Under the pieces are notes generated by a model. That model was given only the letters and a program-made list of their open reading frames with translations. It made no database searches and had not been told where the DNA came from. The translations under genes were made by a program, and so were the position numbers. DNA of 40,533 nucleotides from Chitinophagaceae bacterium (GTDB taxonomy: Bacteria > Bacteroidota > Bacteroidia > Chitinophagales > Chitinophagaceae), in the NCBI GenBank assembly GCA_025362915.1, contig JANYEU010000153.1, positions 1 to 40,533 on the forward strand, given 5' to 3'. Positions 18,446 to 29,154 of this stretch are shown piece by piece (position 1 is the first letter of the stretch; each line of letters begins with the position of its first letter).

Positions 18446-18530
18446 AGTTGTAGGTATTAGGTTGTAAGTAATAAGTGAAACAAAACTTATTACTTACAAC
18501 TTACAACTTAATACTTAATACTTATTACTT
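18446..18530. repeat. Inverted heptamer arrays between convergent genes
   Basis: GTTGTAG GTATTAG GTTGTAA GTAATAA facing ACTTATT ACTTACA ACTTACA ACTTAAT ACTTAAT ACTTATT. Confidence 0.9.
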
Positions 18531-18715
18531 TTTGACATAGAAATCACTGCGTTTAATTCAGCTAAAAAAACAGAAGCCTCTTGTTGGTTGCGGATTGCTT
18601 TAGTAAGGCTATCTTGTGTACGAGGCGAATTTGTATTGGTGGTACGGGTCTTTTTGGAGGATAGCTTAGCCATCTCCATAATTTCATTGATTTTATTTTG
18701 TACCTTTTCATTCAT
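18515..18715 (-). CDS. Small basic hypothetical protein (66 aa)
   Basis: ATG ORF 35 bp after the upstream pseudogene, co-oriented. Confidence 0.6.
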   Translation of the reverse strand: MNEKVQNKINEIMEMAKLSSKKTRTTNTNSPRTQDSLTKAIRNQQEASVFLAELNAVISMSKSNKY

Positions 18716-18750
18716 GCTTACAAATTTAGCTGTAATAAAAACATTATCAG

Positions 18751-19292
18751 TTAATTCTTTAAATGAAACATATAATATCTGTATAAATCTGAAGAAACCC
18801 GGTTGTAATTAAATAATTCTGGCTTGGGTTTAAAAAAGGCAGAACCATCATCCGTAACTTCAATGTTTCCATTTCTTAACAATCTCACATACCAATCAAC
18901 ACCAATTGCAACAAAATAATCACTCAAATATTTTTTGTTTGTTTGAAATATCCTGTGGTATAAATAGGCTCTTGCATCATTGGATCCATCAATACCAACG
19001 GTTACAGAATCATTTGCCCGAAGAAAGACTAGCGCAAATAAAAGTATCGTAGAGAAAACTTTGTTTTTGTTTAAATGATTAATTTTTATCTGGTCATTTA
19101 TTTCTCCATTGGTTTTTGTGGGCCGAAAGCAAGATTAAAAACATTTGGTAGCAAAGGATCTCCGAGAGAAGATATTACAATCTTTATGAGAATATTTTTG
19201 TCTATTCCAATGGGAGAATTGAATGACATTGACAATAAGTCGTCTGCAATATCAATAGGTGTGAACGTATTTTCTAAATCAATTTTAATCAT
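18751..19292 (-). pseudogene. DUF6934-like protein with one frameshift
   Basis: VFNLAFGP then one missing A in an A5 run near 19113-19117; continues NGEINDQ...KVFSTI...IDGSNDARAYLYHRI...YYMFHLKN to a stop at 18751; 542+1 nt = 181 codons. Confidence 0.78.
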
Positions 19293-19422
19293 GATTGATA
19301 TAATTCGTTCGAATATAGTACGTTAACTGCCAAAGAAATAATCACTGTTTACTTCTTACTATTTACTGATAACTGATTTCTTATCTTTGACAATAGAATA
19401 ACCACAAATTTTATCAAATAAA

Positions 19423-20121
19423 ATGAAGCCTAGAATGACAATTGGTATAACAGACTCGAGAAAATATGACGATTACCGTAATTGGATAGCCAATGCAGGA
19501 TTGGACATTAATATTGAATGTTTATCGTACAAATTGGATAATCTGGACTTGGTGGCTGAGTGCAGCGGTATTATTTTAACGGGCGGGCAGGATGTGCATC
19601 CATTATTATATAATAAACCCGAGTATTTGGATGTATTGGATACTGCACAGATTGATGGGGAAAGGGATGCGTTTGAAATGAAGGTGATAGCGGCTGCATT
19701 GGCATTGCGTAAACCTATCTTGGGTATTTGCCGAGGGCTTCAGATTGCTAACGTGTATTTTGGCGGTACATTGATAGTTGATATTCCTACGGTTAAATAT
19801 AGCGATAAACACGGCAAGATAGATGGGCAAGACCAACGCCATGAAGTGGAATTGGAATTGGGAAGCTTGATAAATACTATTACGAGGCTATATACGGGAA
19901 CGGTTAATTCTGCACACCACCAATCTGCCGATGAAATAGGGGAGGGGCTGGTTGCCTCTGCTTTTTCGGATAACAATATTGTAGAAGCGTTAGAATATGA
20001 GCATCCCGAAGGAAAACCGTGGTTATTATTGGTGCAATGGCATCCGGAACGCATCAGCGATGATGAATATTTCTCTCTTTCAATAAGAAAAGCCTTTCTG
20101 GATAGTTGCCTATCAGAATAG
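19423..20121 (+). CDS. Class I glutamine amidotransferase-like peptidase C26 (gamma-glutamyl-GABA hydrolase family)
   Basis: LTGGQDV, LGICRGLQ, VNSAHHQ, VQWHPE. Confidence 0.93.
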   Translation: MKPRMTIGITDSRKYDDYRNWIANAGLDINIECLSYKLDNLDLVAECSGIILTGGQDVHPLLYNKPEYLDVLDTAQIDGERDAFEMKVIAAALALRKPILGICRGLQIANVYFGGTLIVDIPTVKYSDKHGKIDGQDQRHEVELELGSLINTITRLYTGTVNSAHHQSADEIGEGLVASAFSDNNIVEALEYEHPEGKPWLLLVQWHPERISDDEYFSLSIRKAFLDSCLSE

Positions 20122-20128
20122 AAGGAAT

Positions 20129-21169
20129 TTATTTGCTGGCAACATTACTTTTAGGAGCAGGCAGGTATTTATCCAGTATTTTCATCTGGGGCTTGTCCAT
20201 TCCATTAGTAGGTTCTACAGAAAGGGCGTAATCATTCCACCACGGGCCGGCTGCCCAATAAGTTACATTTACACCATTCTTGGTAGCATAACTAAGGAAG
20301 TTATCCATCACTTCCATCCATTTTTTATCTGCCGGAACACCAAATTCTCCAATCATCCCCTTTTTATTATGCTTTCTTAGCCAACGTACAAAGGGTTTCA
20401 ATCGCTCCACACCAATATTGCTGGTTATCCTGCCTTCATAATCATTATTGTATCGGCCAGAATGGTCATAATCAAAATAGCAGTGTGCATCGTAAATTAT
20501 CTTATCCGCCTTGTCTTTTAGCTTCCGCAATTTATTGTTTTCTTCTCTCCAGTCGGCAGAAAAAGAACTATTCTCGCCATCTACTATTATAAATGGTATG
20601 GCATCAACTTCCCTAATGCCATCTATCGCACTTTGCGCAGCCTTACGCCACCTGCGCCCAAAAATGCCACGCGGCTCATTCATGATGTCATAACCATATA
20701 TATTATTGTATGATTGGAATGTGGTGGCCATTTTTTTCCAGAAATCCTTGTAATTATCATTGGTTAAGTGGCGGCTATTCAATTCATACTGCGTACCATT
20801 AATATTATATACCGCAAAGTTTTGCAAAGTGAGTATTACCTTAATATGTAAGGAATCGCAATTGACTATAAACTCCTTCATCCTATTTATCTCCGCAGTA
20901 TCCAGTTCGCCGCCAATGGTACGCTGTACCCTTTCCCATTTAAAAGGTAAGGTAATAGGATTGAATCCCTTTGCGGCAAAATAGGTAAGTTCATCCTTAT
21001 TGGGATATATATAGTCTGTATTAAGCTTGCCAGGCAGTTGATTTTCGCCAAACTCGGCACCGCACAGCACGATACCTACATTTGATGGGCCACTCTTAAT
21101 AATAGAAGTGCTTACGCACGCCGAAAGAAAAAAGAAGGGAATAATAATAAATTTGCGTGCTAGATTCAT
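20129..21169 (-). CDS. Glycoside hydrolase family 5 lipoprotein (endoglucanase-like)
   Basis: GAEFG, LPFKWER, MNEP, HCYFD, GEFG, YWAAGPWW; lipobox LSAC. Confidence 0.9.
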   Translation of the reverse strand: MNLARKFIIIPFFFLSACVSTSIIKSGPSNVGIVLCGAEFGENQLPGKLNTDYIYPNKDELTYFAAKGFNPITLPFKWERVQRTIGGELDTAEINRMKEFIVNCDSLHIKVILTLQNFAVYNINGTQYELNSRHLTNDNYKDFWKKMATTFQSYNNIYGYDIMNEPRGIFGRRWRKAAQSAIDGIREVDAIPFIIVDGENSSFSADWREENNKLRKLKDKADKIIYDAHCYFDYDHSGRYNNDYEGRITSNIGVERLKPFVRWLRKHNKKGMIGEFGVPADKKWMEVMDNFLSYATKNGVNVTYWAAGPWWNDYALSVEPTNGMDKPQMKILDKYLPAPKSNVASK

Positions 21170-21270
21170 AAGCGTACGATTAAATAATGCTGCAATATCC
21201 ATGAATATGATGAGAAATAGGTATAAATAGTAGGTGCAAGAAAAAAAATAAAAAATATTTTAGATAAATG

Positions 21271-21301
21271 TTTGTCAATTCAAATCATACCCCTACATTT
21301 G
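21271..21301 (+). promoter_or_regulatory. Sigma-A promoter of rpsJ
   Basis: TTTG-N19-TACATTTG, 29 nt before the ATG. Confidence 0.85.
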
Positions 21302-21330
21302 CACTCCCATTTGAAACAGGGGTAAAGAAT

Positions 21331-21636
21331 ATGTCACAGCGAATTAGAATTAAATTGCAATCTTACGATCACAACTTGGTAGATAAGTCTGCTGAGAAAA
21401 TTGTTAAAACAGTACGTAGCACTGGAGCGGTTGTAACTGGACCAATTCCTTTACCAACACACAAAAGAATTTTTACTGTTCTTCGTTCTCCTCACGTAAA
21501 CAAGAAGAGTCGCGAACAGTTTCAATTGGCAACGCACAAAAGATTACTCGATATATACACATCCTCTTCTAAAACTGTTGACGCTCTAAGTAAATTAGAT
21601 TTGCCTTCAGGAGTAGAAGTAGAGATTAAGGCATAA
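21331..21636 (+). CDS. rpsJ: 30S ribosomal protein S10
   Basis: [34 protein letters not shown]. Confidence 0.99.
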   Translation: MSQRIRIKLQSYDHNLVDKSAEKIVKTVRSTGAVVTGPIPLPTHKRIFTVLRSPHVNKKSREQFQLATHKRLLDIYTSSSKTVDALSKLDLPSGVEVEIKA

Positions 21637-21710
21637 TCGAGCATTAAAAGATAAATTATCATCTCTCAATTTGCACAGGCAGAAAAAAGAGCGCTGATTT
21701 AACTAAATAC

Positions 21711-21893
21711 TCCTCACTAGCAATAAATGAGGATTAAATATGAACAGGCCCTTCGAGGTTTGTTTACTCCCGGTACTTCCACTTCAAATTCTAACAAATT
21801 TGGAAACAAAGGAAAAGGTCGGTAGCAAACAGAGGATTGAATTTCGATTTTATTATCGGAATGTCCTGAACACCTTAAGCGGGGCATAACCGC
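21711..21893 (+). ncRNA. Candidate structured RNA / leader in the rpsJ-rplC spacer
   Basis: Five consecutive hairpins, several with G-U pairs on the + strand. Confidence 0.45.
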
Positions 21894-21897
21894 AAAA

Positions 21898-22518
21898 ATG
21901 ATGAAAGGTATTATTGGAAAGAAAATTGGGATGACAAGCATATTTGCCGCAGATGGTAAACAAACAGCTTGTACGATCATCGAAGCAGCACCAAACACTG
22001 TTACACAAGTTAAGACTACCGAAATAGACGGTTACACTGCAGTACAACTCGCAGTTGTTGACAAGAAAGAAAAGCACACTACCAAAGCAGAACTTAACCA
22101 CTACGCCAAAGCGCAAACTGCTCCAAAAAGATTTGTAAAAGAATTCCGCAATTACTCAATAGAAAAGAATCTTGGTGAAACTGTATCGTTAGATATATTT
22201 TCTGAAGGTGATACTGTTGAAATTATAGGCACAACCAAAGGAAAGGGTTTTCAAGGTGTTGTAAAAAGACACGGATTCTCTGGTGTTGGTGAAGCTACCC
22301 ACGGACAACATGACCGTTCAAGGGCTCCGGGTTCGTTGGGTGGATCTTCTTATCCTTCCCGTGTATTCAAAGGATTAAGGATGGCTGGCCGTATGGGTGG
22401 TGACAGGGTTAAAATGAAAGGACTTAAGGTTGTTAAGATTTTCCCTGAAAAGAACTACATTCTTGTAAGCGGTTCAGTACCAGGTCATAACGGTTCAATC
22501 GTATTAATCCAAAAGTAA
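21898..22518 (+). CDS. rplC: 50S ribosomal protein L3
   Basis: [28 protein letters not shown]. Confidence 0.99.
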   Translation: MMKGIIGKKIGMTSIFAADGKQTACTIIEAAPNTVTQVKTTEIDGYTAVQLAVVDKKEKHTTKAELNHYAKAQTAPKRFVKEFRNYSIEKNLGETVSLDIFSEGDTVEIIGTTKGKGFQGVVKRHGFSGVGEATHGQHDRSRAPGSLGGSSYPSRVFKGLRMAGRMGGDRVKMKGLKVVKIFPEKNYILVSGSVPGHNGSIVLIQK

Positions 22519-22540
22519 TCACAGATAATTATTTCGAAAG

Positions 22541-23179
22541 ATGCAAGTTGATGTTTTAAATATAGAAGGTAAGAAGACAGGCAGGACGGTAGAGTTGCCA
22601 GAAGATATTTTTGGTATCGAGCCTAATGACCACGTAATATACTTGGCTGTTAAACAATATTTAGCTGCTGGACGTGCAGGTACCCACAAGGTTAAGACAC
22701 GTGCTGAAGTTAAGGGTTCAAGCCGCAAACTACACAAACAAAAAGGTACTGGTGGTGCTCGTAAGGGTAATATCCGTAATCCTCTATACAAGGGTGGTGG
22801 TACAATATTCGGCCCTAAACCTCACAAATACGATTTGAAAATTAATCGTAAGGTGAAGGATTTAGCTAAAATATCTGCGCTTAGCTATAAGGCGAAGGAT
22901 GCTGCAATTGTTGTGGTAGAAGATATAAACTTCGATGCTCCAAAAACAAAACAAGCTGTAGGAATACTTAGCAGTTTGAATGTTGCTGATAAGAAGACCA
23001 TCATTGTTTTGTCTGAATACAATGATAGCTTATATCTAAGCACTCGTAATGTTCCAAATATCACCACTACAATGTTGGCTGATGTTAATACTTACGACAT
23101 AATGAACGCTGACGTATTAGTTTTCACTGAAAGCGCTGTTAATATATTTTCTGATGATCAAATTGTCGCAGAAGCATAA
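22541..23179 (+). CDS. rplD: 50S ribosomal protein L4
   Basis: GTHKVKTRAEV, QKGTGGAR, GGGTIFGPKP. Confidence 0.99.
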   Translation: MQVDVLNIEGKKTGRTVELPEDIFGIEPNDHVIYLAVKQYLAAGRAGTHKVKTRAEVKGSSRKLHKQKGTGGARKGNIRNPLYKGGGTIFGPKPHKYDLKINRKVKDLAKISALSYKAKDAAIVVVEDINFDAPKTKQAVGILSSLNVADKKTIIVLSEYNDSLYLSTRNVPNITTTMLADVNTYDIMNADVLVFTESAVNIFSDDQIVAEA

Positions 23180-23203
23180 TTTTAAAGGTATAATAGATAC
23201 AAA

Positions 23204-23506
23204 ATGAAACTTACTGAAGTATTGGTTAAACCAATTTTAACAGAAAAAGCAAACATACAGCAAGAAAAATTGCGTACGTACACTTTTAAAGTTGACAAAA
23301 GGTCCAACAAACTAGAGATAAAAAAAGCAGTTGAGGAATTTTATAGTGTAAAGGTTGCAGATGTTAAAACTGCTGTTGCACCAGGAAAAAACAAATCAAA
23401 GCGTACAAAAAGTGGCGGTATTACTGTAGGTATCAGACCTTCATATAAGAAAGCTTTTGTTACTGTGGCTGAAGGTGAGACAATAGATTTATATACAAAT
23501 TTCTAA
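23204..23506 (+). CDS. rplW: 50S ribosomal protein L23
   Basis: KPILTEKA, NKLEIKKAVE, YKKAFV. Confidence 0.98.
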   Translation: MKLTEVLVKPILTEKANIQQEKLRTYTFKVDKRSNKLEIKKAVEEFYSVKVADVKTAVAPGKNKSKRTKSGGITVGIRPSYKKAFVTVAEGETIDLYTNF

Positions 23507-23548
23507 CTATAGCATCGGGGCTGATAAACCCGTAAAACGAACAAGAAA

Positions 23549-24388
23549 ATGGCATTAAAGAAATACAAACCAATGACAGCTGGAACACGCTGGAGAATTG
23601 GAAATGCTTATGCTGAGATTACAACTAATAAGCCAGAAAAGAGTTTGTTGGAGTCCATCAAAAGAACTGGTGGACGTAATGCTCAAGGTCGTCGTTCAAT
23701 GAGATATATTGGTGGTGGTCATAAAAAGCAATACCGTATCATTGATTTCAAGCGTAATAAGTTTGATATTGAAGCAACAGTTCTTTCTATTGAATACGAT
23801 CCGAACAGAACGGCATTTATTGCTCTTGTACAATATACGGATAAAGAGAAGAGATATATTATTGCTCCTCAAGGTTTACAAGTTGGTGCCAAGGTAATAT
23901 CTGGTAATCAAGTTGCTCCTGAAATTGGTAATTCTTTACAAATGAAGAATATGCCATTGGGTACAATGATTCACAATATCGAATTACAACCTGGTCAAGG
24001 TGGTAAACTCGTTAGAAGTGCAGGTACTTCTGCCCAGTTAGCAAATAAGGAAGAAAAATATGCTGTACTTAAGATGCCAAGTGGTGAATTGAGAAAGCTT
24101 TTGGTTAACTGTTTTGCTACGATAGGTGTGGTTTCTAATAGCGACCATAACCTAGAAAGAGCTGGTAAGGCAGGTGTAAACCGTTGGAAAGGTATCACCC
24201 CAAGAACACGTGGTGTTGCGATGAATCCTGTAGATCACCCGATGGGTGGTGGTGAAGGTAGAGCATCTGGCGGACATCCTAGGAGTAGAACTGGTAAATA
24301 TGCTAAGGGCGAAAAAACCAGATCAAGAACGAAGGGAAGCAGTAAGTTGATTATTCAACGCCGTGATGGTAAAAAATTGGCAAAATAG
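23549..24388 (+). CDS. rplB: 50S ribosomal protein L2
   Basis: [25 protein letters not shown]. Confidence 0.99.
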   Translation: MALKKYKPMTAGTRWRIGNAYAEITTNKPEKSLLESIKRTGGRNAQGRRSMRYIGGGHKKQYRIIDFKRNKFDIEATVLSIEYDPNRTAFIALVQYTDKEKRYIIAPQGLQVGAKVISGNQVAPEIGNSLQMKNMPLGTMIHNIELQPGQGGKLVRSAGTSAQLANKEEKYAVLKMPSGELRKLLVNCFATIGVVSNSDHNLERAGKAGVNRWKGITPRTRGVAMNPVDHPMGGGEGRASGGHPRSRTGKYAKGEKTRSRTKGSSKLIIQRRDGKKLAK

Positions 24389-24427
24389 TATTTCTTACTT
24401 TGTTAAATAGTAATATAAAACACTAAT

Positions 24428-24697
24428 ATGGGTCGTTCAATAAAAAAAGGTCCTTACGTTGATGCCAACCTTGATTTGAAGGTGCTTAATGTAAACGAAG
24501 GAAAAAGTAAAAAGGGTGTTATCAAAACATGGAGCAGGAGAAGTACAATTACCCCGGATTTTGTAGGACATACTTTTGCTGTACACAATGGAAATAAGTT
24601 TATACCTGTGTATGTTACTGAATTCATGGTAGGGCACAAACTAGGTGAGTTTTCTCCGACAAGGAATTTCAGAGGTCATTCTGGGTCTAAGAAATAA
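24428..24697 (+). CDS. rpsS: 30S ribosomal protein S19
   Basis: RSIKKGP, KTWSRRS, GHKLGEF. Confidence 0.99.
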   Translation: MGRSIKKGPYVDANLDLKVLNVNEGKSKKGVIKTWSRRSTITPDFVGHTFAVHNGNKFIPVYVTEFMVGHKLGEFSPTRNFRGHSGSKK

Positions 24698-24753
24698 TTA
24701 ATTAAAAATAGTTTCTCGTATCATAAGTATTAGAAACAGAAAAGAAGATTACA

Positions 24754-25098
24754 ATGGAATCAAGCGCTAGATTACAAAATTATCCAACTGGTCCTCGAAA
24801 GATGCGTTTAATCGCTGACGTTGTTCGTGGAATGGAAGTTGAAAAAGCATTGGCTATTTTAGAATTTCACCCTCAACATAATGCTATACCATTATCTAAA
24901 TTGCTTAAAAGTGCAATTAATAACTGGGAGCAAAAAAATGAAGGACTTAGTGCTGCTGATAGTAGCTTGGTTGTTAAAACAATATTTGTCGATGGCGGTA
25001 GAGTTATAAAGCGTATGAGACCAGCACCTCAAGGTAGGGGTCATAAGATTCGTAAGCGTAGTAATCATGTAACAATAATAGTAGATACAAAAAATTAA
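24754..25098 (+). CDS. rplV: 50S ribosomal protein L22
   Basis: [25 protein letters not shown]. Confidence 0.99.
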   Translation: MESSARLQNYPTGPRKMRLIADVVRGMEVEKALAILEFHPQHNAIPLSKLLKSAINNWEQKNEGLSAADSSLVVKTIFVDGGRVIKRMRPAPQGRGHKIRKRSNHVTIIVDTKN

Positions 25099-25110
25099 TA
25101 CAAACCATAT

Positions 25111-25932
25111 ATGGGTCAGAAAGCAAATCCGATTGGCAATAGATTAGGTATCATCCGTGGATGGGAAAGTAATTGGTACGCCAGCAAAAATGATTACGCT
25201 GGAAAGCTAATAGAAGATGATAAGATTAGAACCTACCTAAATGCCCGTATTAGTAAAGGAGGCATCGCTAGGATTGTAATAGAACGTACATTAGGTAAAC
25301 TTATCGTTACAATACATACTAGCAAACCGGGTATTATAATTGGAAAAGGCGGGGGTGAAGTAGATCGTATTAAGGAAGAGCTAAAGAAGCTCACCAAGAA
25401 AGAAGATGTTCAAATCAATATACTTGAAATTAGAAGACCTGAACTAGATGCTACAATTGTAGGAGATACAATTGCCAGACAAATAGAAAACAGGATTAAT
25501 TTTAAGAGAGCTATTAAAATGGCCATTGCTTCAACTCTTAGAATGGGAGCAGAAGGAATAAAGGTTAGGGTCAGTGGTCGTTTGGGAGGAGCTGAAATTG
25601 CTCGTTCGGAAGAGATTAAACAAGGAAGAACGCCACTACACACTTTTCGTATGGATATAGACTATGCAAGTGTTTTCGCTCAAACTGTTTACGGTAAAAT
25701 CGGTATTAAGGTTTGGATATGCAAGGGTGAGGTTTTAGGAAAGAGAGAATTGAATCCAAATTTTGTAGGCGGGAAGAATGATATGAGCGAAAGAAGCGAT
25801 AGGAACCCAAGAGGCGGAGATGAGAGAAGAGGCCCTAGTGGAGATAGGAATAGAGGAGGTTATGCTGGCGGCGGTAGAAGTGGCGACGATAGAAGAGGAT
25901 CTTCTAACGCAGGTACTCAAAGAAGAAATTAA
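25111..25932 (+). CDS. rpsC: 30S ribosomal protein S3
   Basis: [33 protein letters not shown]. Confidence 0.99.
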   Translation: MGQKANPIGNRLGIIRGWESNWYASKNDYAGKLIEDDKIRTYLNARISKGGIARIVIERTLGKLIVTIHTSKPGIIIGKGGGEVDRIKEELKKLTKKEDVQINILEIRRPELDATIVGDTIARQIENRINFKRAIKMAIASTLRMGAEGIKVRVSGRLGGAEIARSEEIKQGRTPLHTFRMDIDYASVFAQTVYGKIGIKVWICKGEVLGKRELNPNFVGGKNDMSERSDRNPRGGDERRGPSGDRNRGGYAGGGRSGDDRRGSSNAGTQRRN

Positions 25933-25973
25933 TTTTAGATTATTTACTAATTCATTCTGGAAAAAAATAAGAA

Positions 25974-26396
25974 ATGTTACAACCAAAGAGAAGTAAACAT
26001 AGGAAGCAGCAGAAAGGTAGGATTCGTGAAGTTGCAAAAAGAGGTTCATATATTGCATTCGGATCTTATGCTTTGAAAGCTTTAGAACCGATCTGGTTAA
26101 CTAACCGTCAATTGGAAGCAGCTCGTCAATCTATGACTCGTGCAATGAAAAGAGAAGGTAATGTTTGGATTAGAATTTTCCCTGATAAAATCATTACACA
26201 TAAGCCAGCTGAAGTGAGAATGGGTAAGGGTAAGGGTAATCCTGAATATTGGGCAGCTGTTGTTGAACCAGGAAGAATAATATTCGAGTGTGATGGAGTT
26301 ACTGAAGAAACAGCTAAACAAGCAATGTTATTAGCTTCACAGAAACTTCCAATAGCTACAAAATTCATTGTGAGAAGAGATTTACAAAAAGCATAA
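25974..26396 (+). CDS. rplP: 50S ribosomal protein L16
   Basis: [21 protein letters not shown]. Confidence 0.99.
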   Translation: MLQPKRSKHRKQQKGRIREVAKRGSYIAFGSYALKALEPIWLTNRQLEAARQSMTRAMKREGNVWIRIFPDKIITHKPAEVRMGKGKGNPEYWAAVVEPGRIIFECDGVTEETAKQAMLLASQKLPIATKFIVRRDLQKA

Positions 26397-26448
26397 TTTA
26401 ATATTATCTGAATTTCTGTAGCAATTAAAAAACTGTCAATATTTTATA

Positions 26449-26658
26449 ATGGTTAAGAAAGTACAATTAAATAACGAACTTCGGAGTCTTTCAGAAAGTG
26501 AATTGAAAGCTAGGGTTCAAGAAGACATGTTGCGATTAAAGAAGTTGAAATTTGCTCATGCGATTTCTCCCATCGAAAATCCTGTTAGCATACGTATCTT
26601 GAGAAAAGATGTCGCACGTGTACAAACTGAATTAAAAAATAGGGTAATTGCTCAATAA
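26449..26658 (+). CDS. rpmC: 50S ribosomal protein L29
   Basis: ENPVSIRILRKDVAR; operon position. Confidence 0.96.
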   Translation: MVKKVQLNNELRSLSESELKARVQEDMLRLKKLKFAHAISPIENPVSIRILRKDVARVQTELKNRVIAQ

Positions 26659-26668
26659 AGTATAAATA

Positions 26669-26935
26669 ATGGAATCAGTACTTGAAAGAAATTTAAGGAA
26701 AACAAGAATAGGTGTTGTTACAAGCAATAAAATGGTTAAAACAATAACCGTTGCTGTAGAAAGAAATGTGAAACACCCTATTTACGGAAAATTCGTAAAG
26801 AAGACCACCAAATTTCACGCTCATGATGAAAAGGATGAGTGTACAATTGGAGATCTTGTGAAAATTATGGAAACTAGACCACTTAGCAAAACAAAAAGGT
26901 GGAGATTGGTAGAAGTAATTGAGAAAGCGAAATAA
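26669..26935 (+). CDS. rpsQ: 30S ribosomal protein S17
   Basis: [22 protein letters not shown]. Confidence 0.99.
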   Translation: MESVLERNLRKTRIGVVTSNKMVKTITVAVERNVKHPIYGKFVKKTTKFHAHDEKDECTIGDLVKIMETRPLSKTKRWRLVEVIEKAK

Positions 26936-26997
26936 TTTTATACAAATCCTAGATTGGTTTGTAAATACCCACTTAGAAATAAGTAAAAGTTTAAAAA

Positions 26998-27366
26998 ATG
27001 ATTCAGCAGGAAAGTAGATTAAATGTAGCAGACAATAGTGGAGCCAAGGAAGTACTTTGTATAAAAGTACTGGGTAACAGTGGTCAGGATTATGCTAAAA
27101 TTGGTGATAAGATAGTGGTAACTGTAAAAGCTGCCATACCAGCTGGTGGTATAAAGAAAGGTACTGTCTCTAAGGCTGTAATTGTTAGAACTAAAAACAA
27201 ATTACGTAGAAAAGATGGTTCTTATATCCGCTTTGACGACAATGCTGTTGTATTGTTAAATAATGCTGATGATCCTAGAGGGACTCGTATTTTTGGGCCA
27301 GTGGCCAGAGAGCTTCGTGATAAAGGATACATGAAAATTATCAGTTTGGCTCCTGAAGTATTATAA
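26998..27366 (+). CDS. rplN: 50S ribosomal protein L14
   Basis: [27 protein letters not shown]. Confidence 0.99.
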   Translation: MIQQESRLNVADNSGAKEVLCIKVLGNSGQDYAKIGDKIVVTVKAAIPAGGIKKGTVSKAVIVRTKNKLRRKDGSYIRFDDNAVVLLNNADDPRGTRIFGPVARELRDKGYMKIISLAPEVL

Positions 27367-27430
27367 ACTACTATACAATAATGCTCATCACCTAGTTGTA
27401 TAACTAATAAGTGAGTTTAATTTTAATAAA

Positions 27431-27769
27431 ATGAGTACAAGATTTAAACCTAAGTTTAATATAAAAAAAGGTGATTTAGTGGTTGTTATCACTGGTGATG
27501 ACAAAGACCTTACTAAACCTCGTCCTGTATTAGACGTTAATATTGAAAAAGGTAAAGTTACAGTAGAAGGCGTGGCACTTGCTACAAAGCATATCAAACC
27601 TACTGCTCAAGATACCAAAGGCGGTATTGAAAAGAAGGAAGCGCAAATTAATATCTCTAATGTAATGTTGTGGGATGCTAAATTGAAAGTGCCAACTAAA
27701 GTAAAACGTCAGAGGACAGATGGTAAATTAATACGTGTTTCAAAAAAATCAGGCGAAGTAATTAAATAA
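27431..27769 (+). CDS. rplX: 50S ribosomal protein L24
   Basis: [24 protein letters not shown]. Confidence 0.98.
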   Translation: MSTRFKPKFNIKKGDLVVVITGDDKDLTKPRPVLDVNIEKGKVTVEGVALATKHIKPTAQDTKGGIEKKEAQINISNVMLWDAKLKVPTKVKRQRTDGKLIRVSKKSGEVIK

Positions 27770-28344
27770 TGGAAACAATAAAATATACTCCCAGGTTAGC
27801 AGACAAATATTCTAAGGAAGTTGTACCTGCTTTGATGAAAAAGTTCGAGTACAAAAGTGTGATGCAAGCACCGAAGCTGCAGAAGATTTGTATAAATAGA
27901 GGTGTAAATGGTGCGGTTACTGACAAAAAGTTAGTTGACGTTGCTCTTGATGAACTTTCTATAATTACTGGTCAAAAACCTGTAGCTACTTTTTCTAAGA
28001 AAGATATTTCTAACTTTAAGCTACGTAAAGGAATGCCAATTGGCGCAAGGGTTACACTTAGAGGCGAAAAGATGTTTGAATTTTTAGACAGATTGGTTTC
28101 AGTAGCTCTTCCACGTGTTCGTGATTTCAAAGGAATTAGCGACAAGGCTTTTGATGGGCGTGGTAATTACACTCTAGGTGTAATTGAGCAAATAATATTC
28201 CCAGAGATTGATATAGATAAGGTTAATAAGATTACTGGATTGGATATTACGTTTGTAACAACAGCAAGCACCAATGAAGAGGCTTATGAGTTACTTAAGG
28301 AATTAGGTATGCCCTTCAAAAACATTAAAAAAGATAATGCTTAA
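27769..28344 (+). CDS. rplE: 50S ribosomal protein L5
   Basis: [26 protein letters not shown]. Confidence 0.99.
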   Translation: METIKYTPRLADKYSKEVVPALMKKFEYKSVMQAPKLQKICINRGVNGAVTDKKLVDVALDELSIITGQKPVATFSKKDISNFKLRKGMPIGARVTLRGEKMFEFLDRLVSVALPRVRDFKGISDKAFDGRGNYTLGVIEQIIFPEIDIDKVNKITGLDITFVTTASTNEEAYELLKELGMPFKNIKKDNA

Positions 28345-28354
28345 ATAGTATACA

Positions 28355-28624
28355 ATGGCAAAAGAATCGATTAAGGCTAGACAGAGAAAGCGTGAGAAAA
28401 TGGTTGAAAAGTATGCAAAAAAGAGAAGTGAATTAAAAGCTTCTGGAGATTATGCTGCGCTTGATTTACTTCCAAAAAACTCTTCTCCGGTAAGATTAAA
28501 AAACCGTTGTCAATTGACAGGAAGACCCAAAGGATACATGAGGTATTTCGGTATTTCGCGTGTGATTTTTAGGGATATGGCATTAAATGGTAAAATACCT
28601 GGGATTAAAAAGGCGAGTTGGTAG
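28355..28624 (+). CDS. rpsN: 30S ribosomal protein S14 (long, non-zinc-ribbon type)
   Basis: [20 protein letters not shown]; single Cys. Confidence 0.99.
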   Translation: MAKESIKARQRKREKMVEKYAKKRSELKASGDYAALDLLPKNSSPVRLKNRCQLTGRPKGYMRYFGISRVIFRDMALNGKIPGIKKASW

Positions 28625-28675
28625 TTTCCTTGCTAGAGTTAATACAAATTTTTTTACAAAGATTAATTTATAAAT

Positions 28676-29074
28676 ATGGTAACTGATCCTATTGCTGATT
28701 TCTTAACAAGGATTCGTAATGCACAAATGGCTGGACATAGAATTGTTGAAATACCAGCATCTAACTTAAAAAAACGTATAACTGAAATTTTGTACGAACA
28801 AGGTTATATCTTGAAATATAAATTTGAAGATGATACTAAGCAAGGACTTATTAAAATAGCCCTTAAGTATGATCCGATAAATAAGCAGCCTGCAATACGT
28901 ACACTAGAACGTGTTAGTAGACCTGGGTTAAGACAATACGCCAAACCTACTGAAATTAAGAGGGTAATCAATGGTTTGGGTGTGGCTATAGTTAGTACCT
29001 CAAAAGGTGTATTAACAGATAAGCAAGCCAAAGCTCAAAATGTTGGAGGAGAGGTACTCTGCTACATTAGCTAA
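28676..29074 (+). CDS. rpsH: 30S ribosomal protein S8
   Basis: [26 protein letters not shown]. Confidence 0.99.
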   Translation: MVTDPIADFLTRIRNAQMAGHRIVEIPASNLKKRITEILYEQGYILKYKFEDDTKQGLIKIALKYDPINKQPAIRTLERVSRPGLRQYAKPTEIKRVINGLGVAIVSTSKGVLTDKQAKAQNVGGEVLCYIS

Positions 29075-29154
29075 TTTTCTTTAATTTATTTGATAATTTA
29101 AGCCTTTTAGTCGGGGCTGAAAGCAAATAAGATAACAAAATAAATAAGTCGACT

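Noticed and set aside
19105-19120. Programmed ribosomal frameshift in the DUF6934-like or ankyrin genes
   Set aside because: No canonical X XXY YYZ slippery site with a stimulatory hairpin seen; the ankyrin gene needs two shifts; decay is simpler
21268-21330. N-terminal extension of S10 in the ORF track
   Set aside because: Overlaps the promoter; conserved S10 starts at ATG 21331
25770-25932. RGG/RD-rich low-complexity tail of S3
   Set aside because: Variable charged tails are common on bacterial S3
28355-28624. Zinc-free S14 as a zinc-starvation paralogue
   Set aside because: It is the operon copy, and the long Cys-poor form is usual in Bacteroidota
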